Shown: in pieces, positions 1 to 14,109 of the stretch
How positions within the stretch are numbered: the stretch's first letter is position 1
How the letters are laid out: each line of letters starts with the position of its first letter
DNA from: Octopus vulgaris
Taxonomy: Eukaryota
DNA length: 64,000 nt
NCBI GenBank assembly: GCA_951406725.2
Contig: OX597826.1
Location: 2,356,001-2,420,000, forward strand
Reading direction: 5' to 3'
Notes under the pieces: model-generated
What the model was told of the DNA's origin: nothing
The model's database searches: none
The model's input: only the letters and a program-made list of their open reading frames with translations
Translations under genes and position numbers: made by a program

Positions 1-9
1 TTCTATTTA

Positions 10-11
<2 letters not shown>

Positions 12-75
<64 letters not shown>

Positions 76-103
76 TGTATGTATGTATGTATGTACGTAT
101 GTA
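12..103. repeat. (TA)n/(TATG)n microsatellite
   Basis: Direct read of tandem units. Confidence 0.95.
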
Positions 104-384
104 TAATGTACTGTTCCGTAATCAACAAAAATAAAACGAGTTTCATCTGGCTGGAGATAAATATTATTCATTTAAAGGACACAATGCATGTCTTTAAGTG
201 CTACTAATAGTTACATATGTTGAAAAATCTCTATAACATATTCTTCATGCACAAATCATTTACACACACATACACACACACATATACCCACACATGTAAA
301 TATTGTAGTTACGTGTTAAATCCGAAAACGCAAGGAGGTGTATTAGTTTCGTAGAAGCTATTTGTCACAAACATTACGAATATT

Positions 385-585
385 GATTTCAAACTTTGGT
401 ACAAGGCCAGCAATTACCGAAGAGGGATTAAATTGATTGCATTGATCCTAGTGCTAAACTAGTATTTATTGTAACGACACCGAAAGGATAAATGGCAAAG
501 TCGACCTCGGCGGATTTTGAACTCAGGACCTTATGACAGGTCATTTTGCCCGGTATGCTACAGATTCTATCCAAAGATTCACCGT
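385..585 (-). mobile_element. SINE family B, degenerate copy
   Basis: Contains ggcaaagtcgacctcggcggattttgaactcag, the reverse complement of the family-B core seen intact at 22581-22812. Confidence 0.8.
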
Positions 586-1373
586 TAATACAATCAGTCA
601 AATGGTTACTATCTCATCTTTCCAGATTTACTTCGTCTCTGAGATCAGTATTCAATATGCTACTCTCTTTTAGTTAAAATCGGTACGAATATAATTTGAG
701 AAAATATTTGCTGTTATTTTCAGCAATTCGAGTATTCCTATTAGTGTCAGCGATGGCTTTTTGTCTACATTACCTCAGTGGATTCTGAGCTGCGATAGAA
801 ACACTGACGAAGCAGAAATTAATTCAACACCCTCAGCGCACCCGCCATTACAACACACACAACATAAATAGACTCGTAAAACCGAAATGAAATAATACAA
901 TAATTCAAAATATTGTTTGTCCAATATATTGATTACTCTCTTACAGTGTTCAATAGATTTGTACTTGTAAATTTCTTGTCTATACATCAATTTTAAGCCA
1001 TAACACCTCGCCTAGCTGCAAACGGGTTGTATTTCTTTAACGTCATTTCGAGATTAACGTCACAATATTCTACCTATTGCAGTGAATTACGCAACTCACA
1101 ATCTACTGTTTTGAATTAATCTCTGTCAGATGTTTGACGGATGTATAGTCGTGGGGACAGTTTTATTCATCACTGCTAGCTTACGAAATAAACTTCAATT
1201 ATCTAAAGCATCTTAATGTTGTTGGAGAGAGAATATAATTAATTAAGTATAGGTGTGTGCTGAAAAAAGAAAACCTTAGACCAATGACTAATGTTAGACA
1301 ATATTAGAATATATGTTACGTTTATATATTTGTTGTGCAAGATTTTTTATGTGAAATCGTGTGTTGAAACAAA

Positions 1374-1526
1374 TATTGTTGTATTTCGGAATGGTCATTT
1401 TGCCAGTTTAGCCAATAAATTTTAATGTAAAAAATAAATAACACTGAAGCAAAGTAACACAAAATATATAGTGCGTGTGTTTTATTGGCTAAACTGGCAA
1501 AATGACCATTCCGAAATACAACAATA
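1374..1526. repeat. Perfect 46-bp inverted repeat (1374-1419 / 1481-1526)
   Basis: tattgttgtatttcggaatggtcattttgccagtttagccaataaa and its exact reverse complement, 61-bp spacer. Confidence 0.95.
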
Positions 1527-1865
1527 AGAATATATGTTATATTCTAATATAACATATTTTATAATATTGGCAAAGAAGGGCGACGTGTTAGGACGTGTTT
1601 GTTTATTATTCAGCCTCATCAGCGAATAAAGGTTTCTCCGTACTGCGAAGAGAAAAGTATTGCGATGATACACACACTAGAAGATATGAATATGATTATA
1701 ATGACTGAAGAAAATATGCTAAGGACGCTTCAGTATAGAATATAAAGAATAAATTTAGCGCAAAATGTTAATAGATTAATGAATGAACATCATCTTTGCG
1801 ATTCATTGCTCCTGATACACAATTTTCTAGAAACTAACTTTAGGAGTGATTTAACTGACGTTTTT

Positions 1866-2215
1866 GGAGGCACAGTAGCCCAGTGGTTAGGGCAGCCGCC
1901 TCGCAGTTGTAGGATCGCGGTTTCGATTCACAGACCGAGCGTTGTGAGTGTTTATTGAGAGAAAACACCTAAAGCCCCACGATACTCTGGCAGAGGGGGA
2001 GTGGCGAACCCTGCTGTACTCTTTCACCACAACTTTCTCACACTCTTTCTTTCTGTTTCTGCTGTACCTTTATTTCAAAGGGCCAGCCTTGTCACACTCT
2101 GTGTCACGCTGAATCTCCCCCGAGAACTACGTTAAGGGTACACATGTCTGTGGAGTGCTCAGCCACTTGCACGTTAATTTCACGGGCAGGCTGTTCCGTT
2201 GATCGGATCAGTCGG
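1866..2215 (+). mobile_element. SINE family C (tRNA-derived head), near full length
   Basis: Head ggaggcacagtagcccagtggttagggcagc...ggtttcgattc has A/B-box-like motifs; same head and body as 34682-34982 and 51770-52060 but a different tail. Confidence 0.85.
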
Positions 2216-3339
2216 TACGTTTTAGTTTTTGATATTTAGCAAGAAATATTTGCCTTTTAACTGGTACTATGTCGGTCTAACAGCTTAAGTAGTTCGTGTG
2301 GCTCTATATTTTACAGATTGATAAGTTGATTCTTTCCACGCAAATAATTGTCTGCTCAACTGCTGCAGGCGTCATAGTTCGGGTTATCTTGAAAATATAT
2401 TCAACCTCTTTAACTATACAGTTGATTGGTGTAATAATCACCCTGGAATGGAAAGTGTATTCATCTGAAATTTTAAGCCTAGTATGGTTAGATTCATGTG
2501 GCAATGTTCAGCCTAAATATCTGAAGCTCAGCTCTTGCTGCTGTAAAGGTTCACAAGCACTGACATTTGTTCTTATCGATCTGAACAGCACAGATGTTGC
2601 AGTAGTGGCGTTAAAGATGGAGACATATTAAGCTCTCCACTCAAGTCAGTCTTTCACAGATCACGAATGTGTGTTTGCATATAATATCATTACAATGGTA
2701 ACCTATTGACACGCCGTTCCTTTTCTTGTCAAGTAACGAACGTCAAATCTTTGCCTTCAACTGGAAATCGAAATTTGATCGCTGATTTCTAGGATCAACA
2801 GAACCTTAATTCTTACTTTAAATTTAAATAACTAAATATTAAAAGAAAAAAAATCGCAAAGCAAATAATTGAAACATAATGGAAATGAACAGCATGAAAA
2901 TGTGTAGAAATGTGAAAAAAAAAAAAGAATTAGAAATATAATTTGAATGATGTAAATATATTTTATTAGTTTTGGACGTTTTTTTTTCTTTTTAGAATTG
3001 CAATTTTTTTCGTCTAATCGTTACACTGTTTTCTTTGGCTATTTCCTCAAATAAAAAATTGTAATTAAAAACAAGTAATAAAAGGTAAATTTAGGGAATT
3101 ATATTAAATCTCTCTTAAATATTCCGCTCTAATCGAAATGTGTCAAAAGCAAAACTTGCTTAATTATATATCGCCCACGTTTTGTTTCTTTAGCATTTAA
3201 AAAATTTAAATTTATTTACAATGACGTTATTTTATCATTTAATATCTAATTTAGGTGATAAGGTGTTTCTGTGTTAGAATGATGTTTCGCATCACAAAGT
3301 GAGGGAGATTGTGTGTCTTAGTGGGATAGTTAAATAGGT

Positions 3340-3393
3340 TGATAGAAAGATAGATACATAGATAGGTCGCTAGATAGATAGATAGATAGATCA

Positions 3394-3465
<72 letters not shown>
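3340..3465. repeat. (GATA)n microsatellite
   Basis: Direct read. Confidence 0.95.
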
Positions 3466-3466
<1 letters not shown>

Positions 3467-3924
3467 GAAAAGAGAGTGAATGAAATGTCGTACAAAAGAG
3501 TAAGGCAGTGACATATAGAGAAAGTAGAAGAGAAAGAAAGTGAGAAGGAATTCTTAAGGAATGAGAGTGAAGAGATGGTGGGAGAGTGAAAGAAATGTAT
3601 AAGAGAAAAAGGGAAAGGATTTATAAGAGTGTAAAGTACGAATGCAAGGCATCAGCAGAAACAAATAGAGTGAGTCATACATAATGAATAAGAAGGAAAG
3701 AGAAAAGTGAGAAATGAGAGGCGGGGTAGGGCGCTGGGGCCGAAAAAGAAAGTGAAAGAAGGATAGAGAGGCTGGGAAAAGAGAGGAGGGCGAAACGGTG
3801 TGAAAGTAAAAGTGAAGTTTAGTTAATGAATTGCAAGGTGGGTTGGAGAGTGAAGGAGCGGGGATTAAATGGAGCGCGGGAGAAGAAAGAAGGAAAAAGC
3901 GTTACTAAATTCAGAGAGTATAAT

Positions 3925-4312
3925 CTTTACTCTTTACACTTTACTCTTTACTCTTTTATTTGTTTCAGTCATGTGACTGTAGCTATGCTGGAGCCCCGAC
4001 TTTAGTCGAGCATATCACCTCCAGGACTTATTCTTTTTCCAAACCGCCAAGTTACAGGGATGTAAACACACCAGCATCGGTTATCAAGCGATGTTGGGGG
4101 GACAAACATAGACACACAAACATACATACACACATATATACATATATATATACATATATATAAGACGGGCTTCATTCAGTTTCCGTCTACCAAATGCACT
4201 TACAAGGCTTTAGTCGGCCCGTGGGTATAGTATGTGCCACGCAGTGGGACTGAACCCGGAACCATGTGGTTCGTAAGCAAGCTACTTACCACACAGCCAC
4301 ACCGACGCCTAT
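3925..4312 (-). mobile_element. SINE family A (~400 bp, tRNA-like head, internal (TA/TG)n, GAGTAAAA-type tail)
   Basis: Reverse complement of the element at 19970-20399 with two internal deletions. Confidence 0.9.
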
Positions 4313-4835
4313 TATAATTATAAAAATGAAATATAATGCGAAGAAGTGAGTACATAGAGGAATTATAGAAATTACCCAAATATATGTGAAGAAAGAAAAG
4401 AATAAAAAACGTGTGGTATAGCTTTAGAAAAAGTTATAATTATATATATATACCTATATACATAGATGCATAGAGAGATAGATATATGCATACACACAGT
4501 TACATACATATATACATACATACATACTCACATATTCACACACGCACAGACGCATGCGCAAACCCACGCACCCATATAGATAAATAGATAGAGTGTGTGA
4601 GAAATAGAGAAGGAGATAGACATGGAGACAAAAACAGGAAAAAGATGAGTTAGTTTAAAAGTTTGTATATTTGCGAACTGGGATGAGGACAATATTTTTA
4701 AGGGAAGGGAGTAAATGAATTTGGTGAGTGTAAGTGAACAGAAGGGTCACACAGGAGAGCGAAGAAGTAGGGGAGATAACAAAGTAAAGATGACCACCCC
4801 CTCCCCAACACGAATATAGAGAGATAGATACGCAA

Positions 4836-5162
4836 ACATATATACATACATATATATATGTATATATATACATGTATATATATACATATACATACATACA
4901 TATATATGTATATATACATATATACACATACGTACACATATATGTATATATATATATACACATAGCATACATATATGCGTATATATATACATATATATAT
5001 ATGTATATATGTATATATATACATATATATATATATGTATATATACATATACGGATGTATATATACACATGTGTATGTATGTATGTATATATATATATAC
5101 ATATATATGTATGTATATCACACATACGCACACACACATGCGTGTATATGTATGTACATATG
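4836..5162. repeat. Compound (TA)/(CA)/(TG) microsatellite
   Basis: Direct read; source of several spurious Y/I/C-rich ORFs. Confidence 0.95.
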
Positions 5163-5324
5163 TATTAGTTTCCTCACCAATCAAAAGGGATTTACAACCC
5201 TTAATTAAACACCAATTAAGGCTTTATGTGCTATATGTTATGAAGAGATGAATCCTTGAAGATGATCTCTCCGATGCCCACGGGTACTAAAGAATACATG
5301 GTAATCATCCCAGGAATACGAACT

Positions 5325-5366
5325 GTGATCTGAAGAGACATGTGGTTTGTGGAAACGCGTTTAGCG
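5325..5366 (+). ncRNA. Degenerate minimal type-I hammerhead ribozyme motif (PLE-type)
   Basis: CTGAAGA (5330-5336), gACA...TGTg stem II with mismatched closing pair, GAAA (5352-5355), CGCG palindromic stem III, TT; stem I poor. Confidence 0.5.
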
Positions 5367-6417
5367 ATGCATTAAAACAGTTATGAATTCCATCCTAATA
5401 TTAATGTTACTATTAATATATTATATTGTTACAGCTTTGATGTAACCCCCCCCCCAAAACTGGTTTACCAATCATCATCATTAGACTGTGGCCAGCATTA
5501 TGGAATAGGTACTTTATTTGCATATTTAAAATGCTTCCAGTAGACAAATTTAAAAGGTATGTTTGTACGTATGTATTTATTTATCTATGTAGGTACGTAT
5601 GACAAAAATTTGGCACGAGTACGACAGGGTGTTATACGAAAAAGCACGAAAGAGTACACACAACAGAAGTGGACATGGTCCCCGCCTAATCAATTGTCGA
5701 CGTGATATCATCACAATTTCGACATTTTCGATAATATTCTTTAACTGCCTGTGTTATCAGCATGAGCTGTTTGGTTATAAATATGTGGACATGATAGATG
5801 AATATAAGCGAATAAGAAGAGGAGAAAATGTGACAGGTACAATAAGAAGAAATCAAGCGCTCTGTAGGAGGAAAGGAAAAGACAAGATATGAGTGAAACA
5901 GGAAAAAAATGTACAACGAAGAAAAAAACCCCAAACAAATGACGAAGGACTCAACACATATGTATGCGTGTGGTAGCAAAAATTGCAACGTATAGAGGAA
6001 GATATTGCCGATGAATACAGCATATCAAAATGTGGAAGGTCTGTATAATATACGAATATATCAGAATAAGTAATACAACAGAACAAAATTTTGTTTTCTA
6101 AACGTTGTTTAGGCTTTTCATGAAATTTAATCAAGTTTAACAGATTGACCTCTTCACAAATCATACGAAGGCCAATTTTCATATCCCTTGAGCTTGTCTA
6201 GGAGAAAAAAAGAATGAAAATCAAATGTCATATACGGCCAAGAGATAATGCCCAATGTGATTACGTACGATGTGGCATTACTACATATCACACACGTATA
6301 CACAAACACATGTACGCACGAAGATACGCACATGCACACAAATATATACGTCCATATGCATGTGAGAATGTATATATACATACAAACACACACGCATACA
6401 TATAATATGTCTATAAA

Positions 6418-6458
<41 letters not shown>

Positions 6459-6463
<5 letters not shown>

Positions 6464-6573
6464 TATATGTAATATATATATGTGTGTGTGTGTGTGTATG
6501 TGTTTGTGTCTCTATATGTAAAAGATACATACATATATATATATATATACACCTATATATTTACTATAAGTAT

Positions 6574-6642
<69 letters not shown>

Positions 6643-6834
6643 TGCATACATGTGTAAATAAACATACATATATAATATATGTGTATATACATTTTGTGTG
6701 TGTGTCTGTGTGTATCTCTGTATACTTAAGTAAATATAAGGTATATATATATATATATATATATGTATCTTTTACACATAGAGACACAAACACATACACA
6801 CACACACACACATATATATATTACATATATTCAT
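6459..6834. repeat. Inverted duplication (~115-bp arms) inside a compound microsatellite
   Basis: Unique anchors tgtgtttgtgtctctatatgtaaaagatacata and tatgtatcttttacacatagagacacaaacaca are reverse complements with one mismatch. Confidence 0.85.
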
Positions 6835-6847
6835 GCATATATATATA

Positions 6848-6933
<86 letters not shown>

Positions 6934-7657
6934 CGTCTGCTCACACGGGTACGTGTGTGTTAATGTGTGCAAGAATGCGTATTGTGGTATTGACATTTCA
7001 CTCAGAATCGAAAATCGATTCTATTTCAAAAACACGAACAAAGGAATGGCAAACAGTACAAAAACGAAAACAAAACCAAGAACAAAACACACACACACAA
7101 AGACACACACACACATACACACACAAAATACTAAATAAATAAAAATAAAAAAAAGTAAAAATAAGACAAGCCGAAAAATTCTAGAATATGTTAAAATTAA
7201 ATCTGAAACCAAAAAAATAATGTAATAAACACAAATAATTTAAAACCGAAAATAAAGGAATATATGAATAAAAACAAAGAGTGTAGAATTTAAGGTGAAA
7301 TCCCTTGTGTATTATTATTTAGCAATTAATATTTACAGAGAAGGAATTCATTATCTTTCTTGTTTTCTGATTATAATTCGCTAACACAACACTCCTCATT
7401 TTGTTCTTGTAGCAAGTTTTCTGAAGTCAAAATATGATTATGACAGCTATTGAGAATAACGGTATTGTCATCATTAATGATATTTTTGCTGGCCGCGGAA
7501 TCGTAGAGGCTGTAAACCAAGTTGTTTTGACTGATCTTACAGCGAAAATGCATCTCCAGCTGTTTTGCCCTCAATATCTGTGAAACCTAGCAACTATTAT
7601 GGCCAATATCCTTCTCGCGAGAATCCTTTTGCAAGATATGTAGAAGCAATACAAGGT

Positions 7658-7699
<42 letters not shown>

Positions 7700-7701
<2 letters not shown>

Positions 7702-7895
7702 TCTTTTACTCTTTTACTTGTTTCAGCCATCTTCTCTTGTTAAAGTAATTGGTGTGCAGCCATGTTAGAATACCGACTTGAAACGGTTTAGTCAAGTAAA
7801 TCGAACCATGTACATAATTTTAAAGTTTGATGCATATAATACAGGGTTTTTTGCCGAACCGCTAAGTTATAAGTATGTAAAAATCCCAACACCAT
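7700..7895 (-). mobile_element. SINE family A, 3' half, degenerate
   Basis: ctcttttactcttttacttgtttcag tail and ttttgccgaaccgctaagtta motif. Confidence 0.8.
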
Positions 7896-8304
7896 TTATC
7901 ATATCCTCTGGAGCGAGCGGCAAGGGCGAACTTAAAGAATTTTTCGAGCACACACACGTATATATCGTTGCTATCAGGTTAAACTGTCGTATGTCCAAAT
8001 TTGACCAAATGCGCCTTTTTCACTCTTTATTTTTGCTCCTTTTCGTCAAACTATCGTATCTCCAGCTGCTTCAGATGCCAAGGTATTAAAGATTGTTTAG
8101 TACAACAGTTATAAACAAAAAAGATAAGTACAACAGTTTTGGTATGAAATGGTGAAACTATTTTTCGTTTTCTGAAAAGCAACGTTTTGGACATACGACA
8201 CTTTTGCATAATAGTAACGATGTCATTAATTGTTTTTATGCGAAGTAATACTATAAACAATCAAGGTTTACACAATCACTTTCAGTTGGCTCTGCCTCCA
8301 TCGA

Positions 8305-8350
8305 ACCGTCTCGTGAAGGCTAAGAGTGCCGAAACTTCGATGTCACTATC
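8305..8350 (+). ncRNA. Degenerate hammerhead-like motif (PLE-type)
   Basis: CTCGTGA-A, GGC/GCC stem II, GAAA (8331-8334), near-palindromic CTTCGATG, TC; two core substitutions; (TA)n about 35 nt downstream. Confidence 0.4.
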
Positions 8351-8379
8351 AAAATTACTCTTGTAAAAGAATATGTGTT

Positions 8380-8474
<95 letters not shown>

Positions 8475-8479
8475 GTGTG

Positions 8480-8645
8480 TCTGCAGGTATGTATATATGG
8501 AGGGCTCTCACTTAATTTCTGTCTACCATAACGTCTCACATTATCGTAGGGCGATAGCACTGACAGTTGTCCAAGGGTCCGTGTAGTGGGACTAAAACTA
8601 AAAGCTCCTGGCTGGAAAGCGAGCTAGTTGACCATCTCAGCATGT
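8480..8645 (-). mobile_element. SINE family A, 5' half, very degenerate
   Basis: ttgtccaagggtccgtgtagtgggactaaaac resembles ttgcccaaggtgccacgcagtgggactgaac. Confidence 0.55.
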
Positions 8646-9573
8646 TTTGTGAAAAGAATATGAACTGTTTTTAGATTCTGCTTTTCTATCGCTTCCAAAT
8701 TTGCCTTCCTACTTTGATACTAATGGTGTTCATGACACCAGTTATTTGACATTGTCTACCTACATGTCTTACCTTTTTCCAAGCTCGGAGTGTCCAAAAG
8801 ATTCTGAATTGTGCCTAGTCTGCACTAGCCAGAATATCAGGCCACAGGAATTTCCTCCTAGCACATGTCTCTTATTCTGGGACTTGGCATAGAAACGGTA
8901 AAAAGAAAATGCCGCGAATCATTAAATTAATGGTATCATTCTGCTCTATCCAAGAAGGCCTATAGGGTTCACGAACCCTCACACGTGAGCTAGGAAAAAG
9001 TCATCAGCAACCTGTCACTCCATCATTCATTTATATTTTTCCTTTTCGTAAGATGGTATGGCGTAATTTCCATTATATTTGTTCGATCTATCCTGAAAAT
9101 CGACTGACTGCTCAAATGACTGACATCTGCAGAATTAATATTATTTCCCAGTGAATCTAGTCAGAAATAAATGAAAGAATTTCGTCTCAATTTTTCATAA
9201 TGACTTCTACTGTCCTTTTATTCTGTGTCAGGTGTGTGGTCACAATCCATTCAATCGTAGCTATCTAATTTATTAGGAGTGACCACGGCTACTCACAAAG
9301 TATGATACTCAGTTTTACGACTGTAGGATTTGAACTGTAGGAGAAATTGGTTACGATTTCTAGGAAATCGAGCATCTGTGTACAGGCCCCTACAGTATAT
9401 CGTTCCAAAAGTTGACATATTTTTAGCTGGCTTTAAGCTTTCCAAAATACGATTGAAAATTTTAAAAAAAGGTAGACATTATTAGAACGTAGAACGTAAA
9501 GGGCAGAAACACCCACTGCAATATCTTTTGTTCCTGATCGTGTTATAGTGATTCTGCTAGTTCACTGCCATAA

Positions 9574-9629
<56 letters not shown>

Positions 9630-9635
9630 ATAATA

Positions 9636-9828
9636 ATCCTTTCTACTGGAGGCACAAGTCCTCAAATTTGGGGTAGGGTACACCAGAGTTTCACTGGTAC
9701 TTAATTTATCGAACCCGGAATGATGAAATGCAAAGTCGACCTCCGCGGAATTTGGACTCAGAACGTAGCGACGGGCAAAATACCGCTAAGCATTTCGTTC
9801 AACGTGCTATCGATTCTGCCAGCTTACA
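9636..9828 (-). mobile_element. SINE family B with (ATT)/(AGT)n tail
   Basis: gcaaagtcgacctccgcggaatttggactcagaacgtag...cgattctgccagct; abuts (CTA)n/(AAT)n at 9574-9637. Confidence 0.85.
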
Positions 9829-10192
9829 GCTTGAGAATGTTTCTATGATGGCAACACAAGCAGCAGTGAGAGACACCAGGAAAGATAGAGAGGGGGAGAT
9901 AGAGAGAGGAGGGAAAATTGTGGAGAAAGAGAGAGAGAGAGGGAGAGAGAGAGAGAGAGAGGGAGAGAGAGAGAGAGAGAGAGTGGAGAACGAAAGAGAG
10001 AGGGAGATAAAGAGATTATCGAGGGCTATAGACAATGAATCCCAGCATATTTTCTTCGAGCAAGCGAATGCTGGCTTAAGCTTTAATATACATACATATA
10101 GATATATTAATGCATTATACATAAATAATGTAAATAAAAAACAAAAATATATATTAGGAATTGCGATTTATAAATACATGAGCTAAGCAAAG

Positions 10193-10246
<54 letters not shown>

Positions 10247-10317
10247 CCGGCATTAACCATGATAGATCGCTAGCCACGACACATTCTTTATTTTCTCTCC
10301 CTATTTCTTTCTGTGTT

Positions 10318-10356
10318 CCTTTCTGTGGTAGAGCGTAGGCTCGAAATGTCAAAGAC
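10318..10356 (+). ncRNA. Degenerate minimal hammerhead-like motif within a (TA)n-flanked ~200-bp repeat (10246-10448)
   Basis: Stem I CTTT/AAAG, core CTGTGGTA, stem II GAGC-gtag-GCTC, GAAA, TG, TC. Confidence 0.4.
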
Positions 10357-10446
10357 ATTTTCAGCTCCCGAGCGTTAAACTAATACATCTGTTTGTTGTC
10401 TACACCACCTGTCTTCGTCTTTTGTTTTTTTTGTGAATTCTCTACC

Positions 10447-10493
<47 letters not shown>

Positions 10494-10497
<4 letters not shown>

Positions 10498-11660
10498 AGC
10501 TGAGTAAAAGAAAACATTTTGAAACAAGAATTTAATCACAATATATTTCAATAATGCGGAAATTTTATTCATCAAATTAAGTACCATTAATATCAACATA
10601 TTTTTGCAAACGAGTACAAGTTTGTTTATTCCGGTAACATAAAAATCTGGAGTTCTGGAGTTGATGGGCTCTTTGAATACATTTTCAACATCGTTTTGAT
10701 TTTTGAACTCCTTCTCTAGCAGGAAATCACCAAGGTGCTTGAAAAAGTAGCAGTCGGTAGTAGAACGGTCTGGGAAATAAGCTGGGTGGGGAAGAAATTC
10801 ATAGCTAAGTTCCCTCAACTTCTGGAGCGTAATTAGTGAAACGTGTGATCGAGCATCGTCATGAAGAATGATTGACCCTCTTCTGTTGACCGGTCTGGGA
10901 CGGAGGAGTAGCAGTTTTTCGTTTATTTTGGCAGTTTTATGGCATTATGTTCCTGCAGTAATGTTTTTTTTTCCGGGTTTTAAGAAGTTATAGTGAATGA
11001 GTCCAGCAGTACATCACTAAATTCGGTTCGGTGCTTCAGTTTGCTCCAACCGCTGCGAAGAACGATTTTTATTATTTTACAGAACCACTTTTCATCGCAA
11101 GTTACAATACGGTCGAGAAATGGATCGGAGAAGAAGCGACGAGTAAAATTCATATCTATGAATTTTCTCATTTTCATTCAAATCGTGTGGTTCCGGTTTT
11201 CTAACTTTTTTGGTTTTTCCGATCGCATGCAAATTGTTGCAGGCAGTTTTCTGGCTAACTTGAAGTTCTTTTGTCTGTTCTCGAGTGGTTTTACGTAGAT
11301 CTTTCTCAATGACGGTCTTTAATTGACCATCATCGATGACAGATGGACGTCCAATATGCTCACGAACTTCAAGAATCAGGTCTCCACTATGAAATCGTTT
11401 AAAGCATTTTTGAGCTGACCACTCACAGGTCATTTCCTCGCCAAACATTTCGTTGACATCGCGAGCAGTTTCAGCTGCTTTACGTCCTATTTTGAAGTTG
11501 AATGGCAAAATTGCTCGAATATCGCGCTTTGACAATTCCCTTTCAGATGATTGTAACAGCGGTGAAAAAAATAGCAATGTTAATTTAGTGATGCATTTGG
11601 GCAAGTCTATGTCTGTATTATCAGACAATTTCAAAAAAATGTTTTAAAAAATTCAAAACT
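10494..11660 (-). mobile_element. Mariner (DD34D-type) DNA transposon relic inserted in (TA)n
   Basis: Starts tatcaagctgagtaaaag directly after (TA)n and carries a fragmented transposase; opposite terminus not clearly identified. Confidence 0.9.
10570..11541 (-). pseudogene. Mariner transposase pseudogene (Hsmar1/cecropia-like)
   Basis: Frameshifted pieces: HTH ELSKRDIRAIL..FKIGRKAAETARDVN..GRPS; DPFLDRIVTCDEKW; ILHDDARSH; LPHPAYFPDRSTTDCYFFKHL; presumed ATG reads AGG. Confidence 0.93.
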
Positions 11661-12329
11661 CTGCAAAAATATGTATGTGTGCGCGCGGGCGTATACTAAC
11701 GTCTGAGAGAAACCAACCTATTGCTCAAAGTGGTTATGTCTGCGAATGAATACTTACGATTCGCAGATACTACGAAACAATTCGTTCGGCAGTCTACGAA
11801 TACCGACGATTGACGAGAAGTTTAGGATAGTAGACTGGCTGACTATATGAATGCCAGTAACACGGAGGTACTGCACTGTATGAAACGGGTAAAGTTAAGA
11901 AATACAAAGTAGACAGAGAGCAGGTTTGGAACCGTACATATAAAACAGCGGAAACACATACAGCAAGATATATTTGCCCAATACTCGAACGGTTCTACCA
12001 ATCTAATGAGTCATACCCCAAAATTAGAAGGTGTATCCTGGGTGTTTTGGAACACGATTACGACGACTAATTAACTTAGTATCGAGCTTCGGAAAAAAAA
12101 ACTTGCTGACAGTTCAAGACTTGCATATTTAATTGCTCTGCTACAGTGTAAATTACATCGCCAAACAAAGCTAAATCTGTATTTACAGCTATCAATATAT
12201 CATTTTACAATGTACACTTAACCAAATGAATCAGATTGCAGAAACACGACGTACCCCAGTGGCGGATAGATTTATTTCGATGTATTTATGCCCAGAACTA
12301 ATATTTTAATGAGATGGTTTACATATGTG

Positions 12330-12370
12330 TATGAGTATACGTATATATACATATATATATATACACACAT

Positions 12371-12432
<62 letters not shown>

Positions 12433-12627
12433 GTATATATATATACATGTATACATACATGTATACATACATGTATATGTATATATCTATGTGTATATAT
12501 ATACATACATGTATATGTATATTATATATATATATATATACTCATACATATATATACATTATATATGTCTGTGTGTACGCATAGCTATAAACGTATATGC
12601 ATGCACATACACAGAGGTAGACGATAC

Positions 12628-12680
<53 letters not shown>

Positions 12681-12873
12681 CATATATACATATATATATA
12701 CATATGTATATATGTGTGTGTGTATACATATATATACGCATTATACATCAATGCATACACATACTCCTGTACGCGTATATATTTGTCTCAGTAGACATTT
12801 ATACATGTATGCGTATGTGCATATATATGTATATATATATATTTATACACACATAAATATATATATATATATT

Positions 12874-12921
<48 letters not shown>

Positions 12922-13054
12922 TACATATGTATATATATATATGTGCATCTATGTACCTATCGTCTACCTCTGCGTATGAACATGCATATACGTTTGTTGC
13001 TATGCATACACATGCGCGCACATACACACATATATAATGTATATATATGTATGA

Positions 13055-13093
<39 letters not shown>

Positions 13094-13200
13094 CTTGTAT
13101 GTATATATATACATAGATATATAAATATACATGTATGTATACATGTATATCTATATGTGTGTATATGTTGTATATATATATATATATATATACATACATA

Positions 13201-13261
<61 letters not shown>

Positions 13262-13288
13262 CGGGGTGGGAAGAGAAAACATGACAGA

Positions 13289-13350
<62 letters not shown>
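12330..13350. repeat. Compound (TA)/(CA)/(GA) microsatellite containing an inverted duplication (~12440-12635 / ~12945-13150)
   Basis: aaacgtatatgcatgcacatacacagaggtagacgata vs tatcgtctacctctgcgtatgaacatgcatatacgttt; ctcatacatatatatacattatatatgt vs its exact reverse complement. Confidence 0.85.
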
Positions 13351-13353
<3 letters not shown>

Positions 13354-14021
13354 TGAAAGAGATAGAGCAGAGGTCGGGGAGAGCAGGATACGGAAATATC
13401 TTATATTAAGTAAAATAAAATGTCTCGACATTTCTTCCGGACTCAGTCAAGACTACGCGGCCATGTCATGAAGTCTTTATTTCAATTTGTAATTTAATCA
13501 GATATCATCTGAGATGTTCACATCAGGCAATATTACGAAAAGAGATTGGTTTGGGAAGATAATAACACTACTTTGTACTAAATTCAAATAATGAAATCTG
13601 CGCCGTTTTGAAAAGCTGTTATAGGTCATCTGCATATCTATACAACTAAATCATAGCATTGATGTCCAGTGGCTGCTGGAAAAGATATTCAAACTCACGT
13701 CAAATCCCGAGTGGCACACACTGCTTCAATGTTGATTGTCATTTTCATATCAACTCTTTTATTCAGTTTTCAACGACTGATTAGATGTAATATATTGATA
13801 AAATTCCGTTTTTATAGATTCTGTACCGTATAGAGAGTCATATAGGTTTAGAGTTGTATATTTTCGATAACGTTATCACGGTGTACTAAAAGTATTAAAT
13901 GAAGTGATATTTAGTATTAATGCTGGATATCCTATTAAGCAGTCGGTGAAGCACCCTTTCATTCTGAGATATATTCCAATTTACTCTGCCAAAGTAGTCT
14001 GAGGTTACAATTAACTCCTGC

Positions 14022-14026
<5 letters not shown>

Positions 14027-14107
<81 letters not shown>
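14027..14107. repeat. (TAA)n microsatellite
   Basis: Direct read. Confidence 0.97.

Positions 14108-14109
<2 letters not shown>

Noticed and set aside
1866-1940. tRNA-like sequences (also at SINE A, C and D heads)
   Set aside because: They are SINE heads continuing into repeat bodies, with no intact cloverleaf or terminator
2296-2631. 111-aa ORF and a minus-strand FRYLG motif
   Set aside because: No recognisable domain; a single short motif cannot support an RT or exon call
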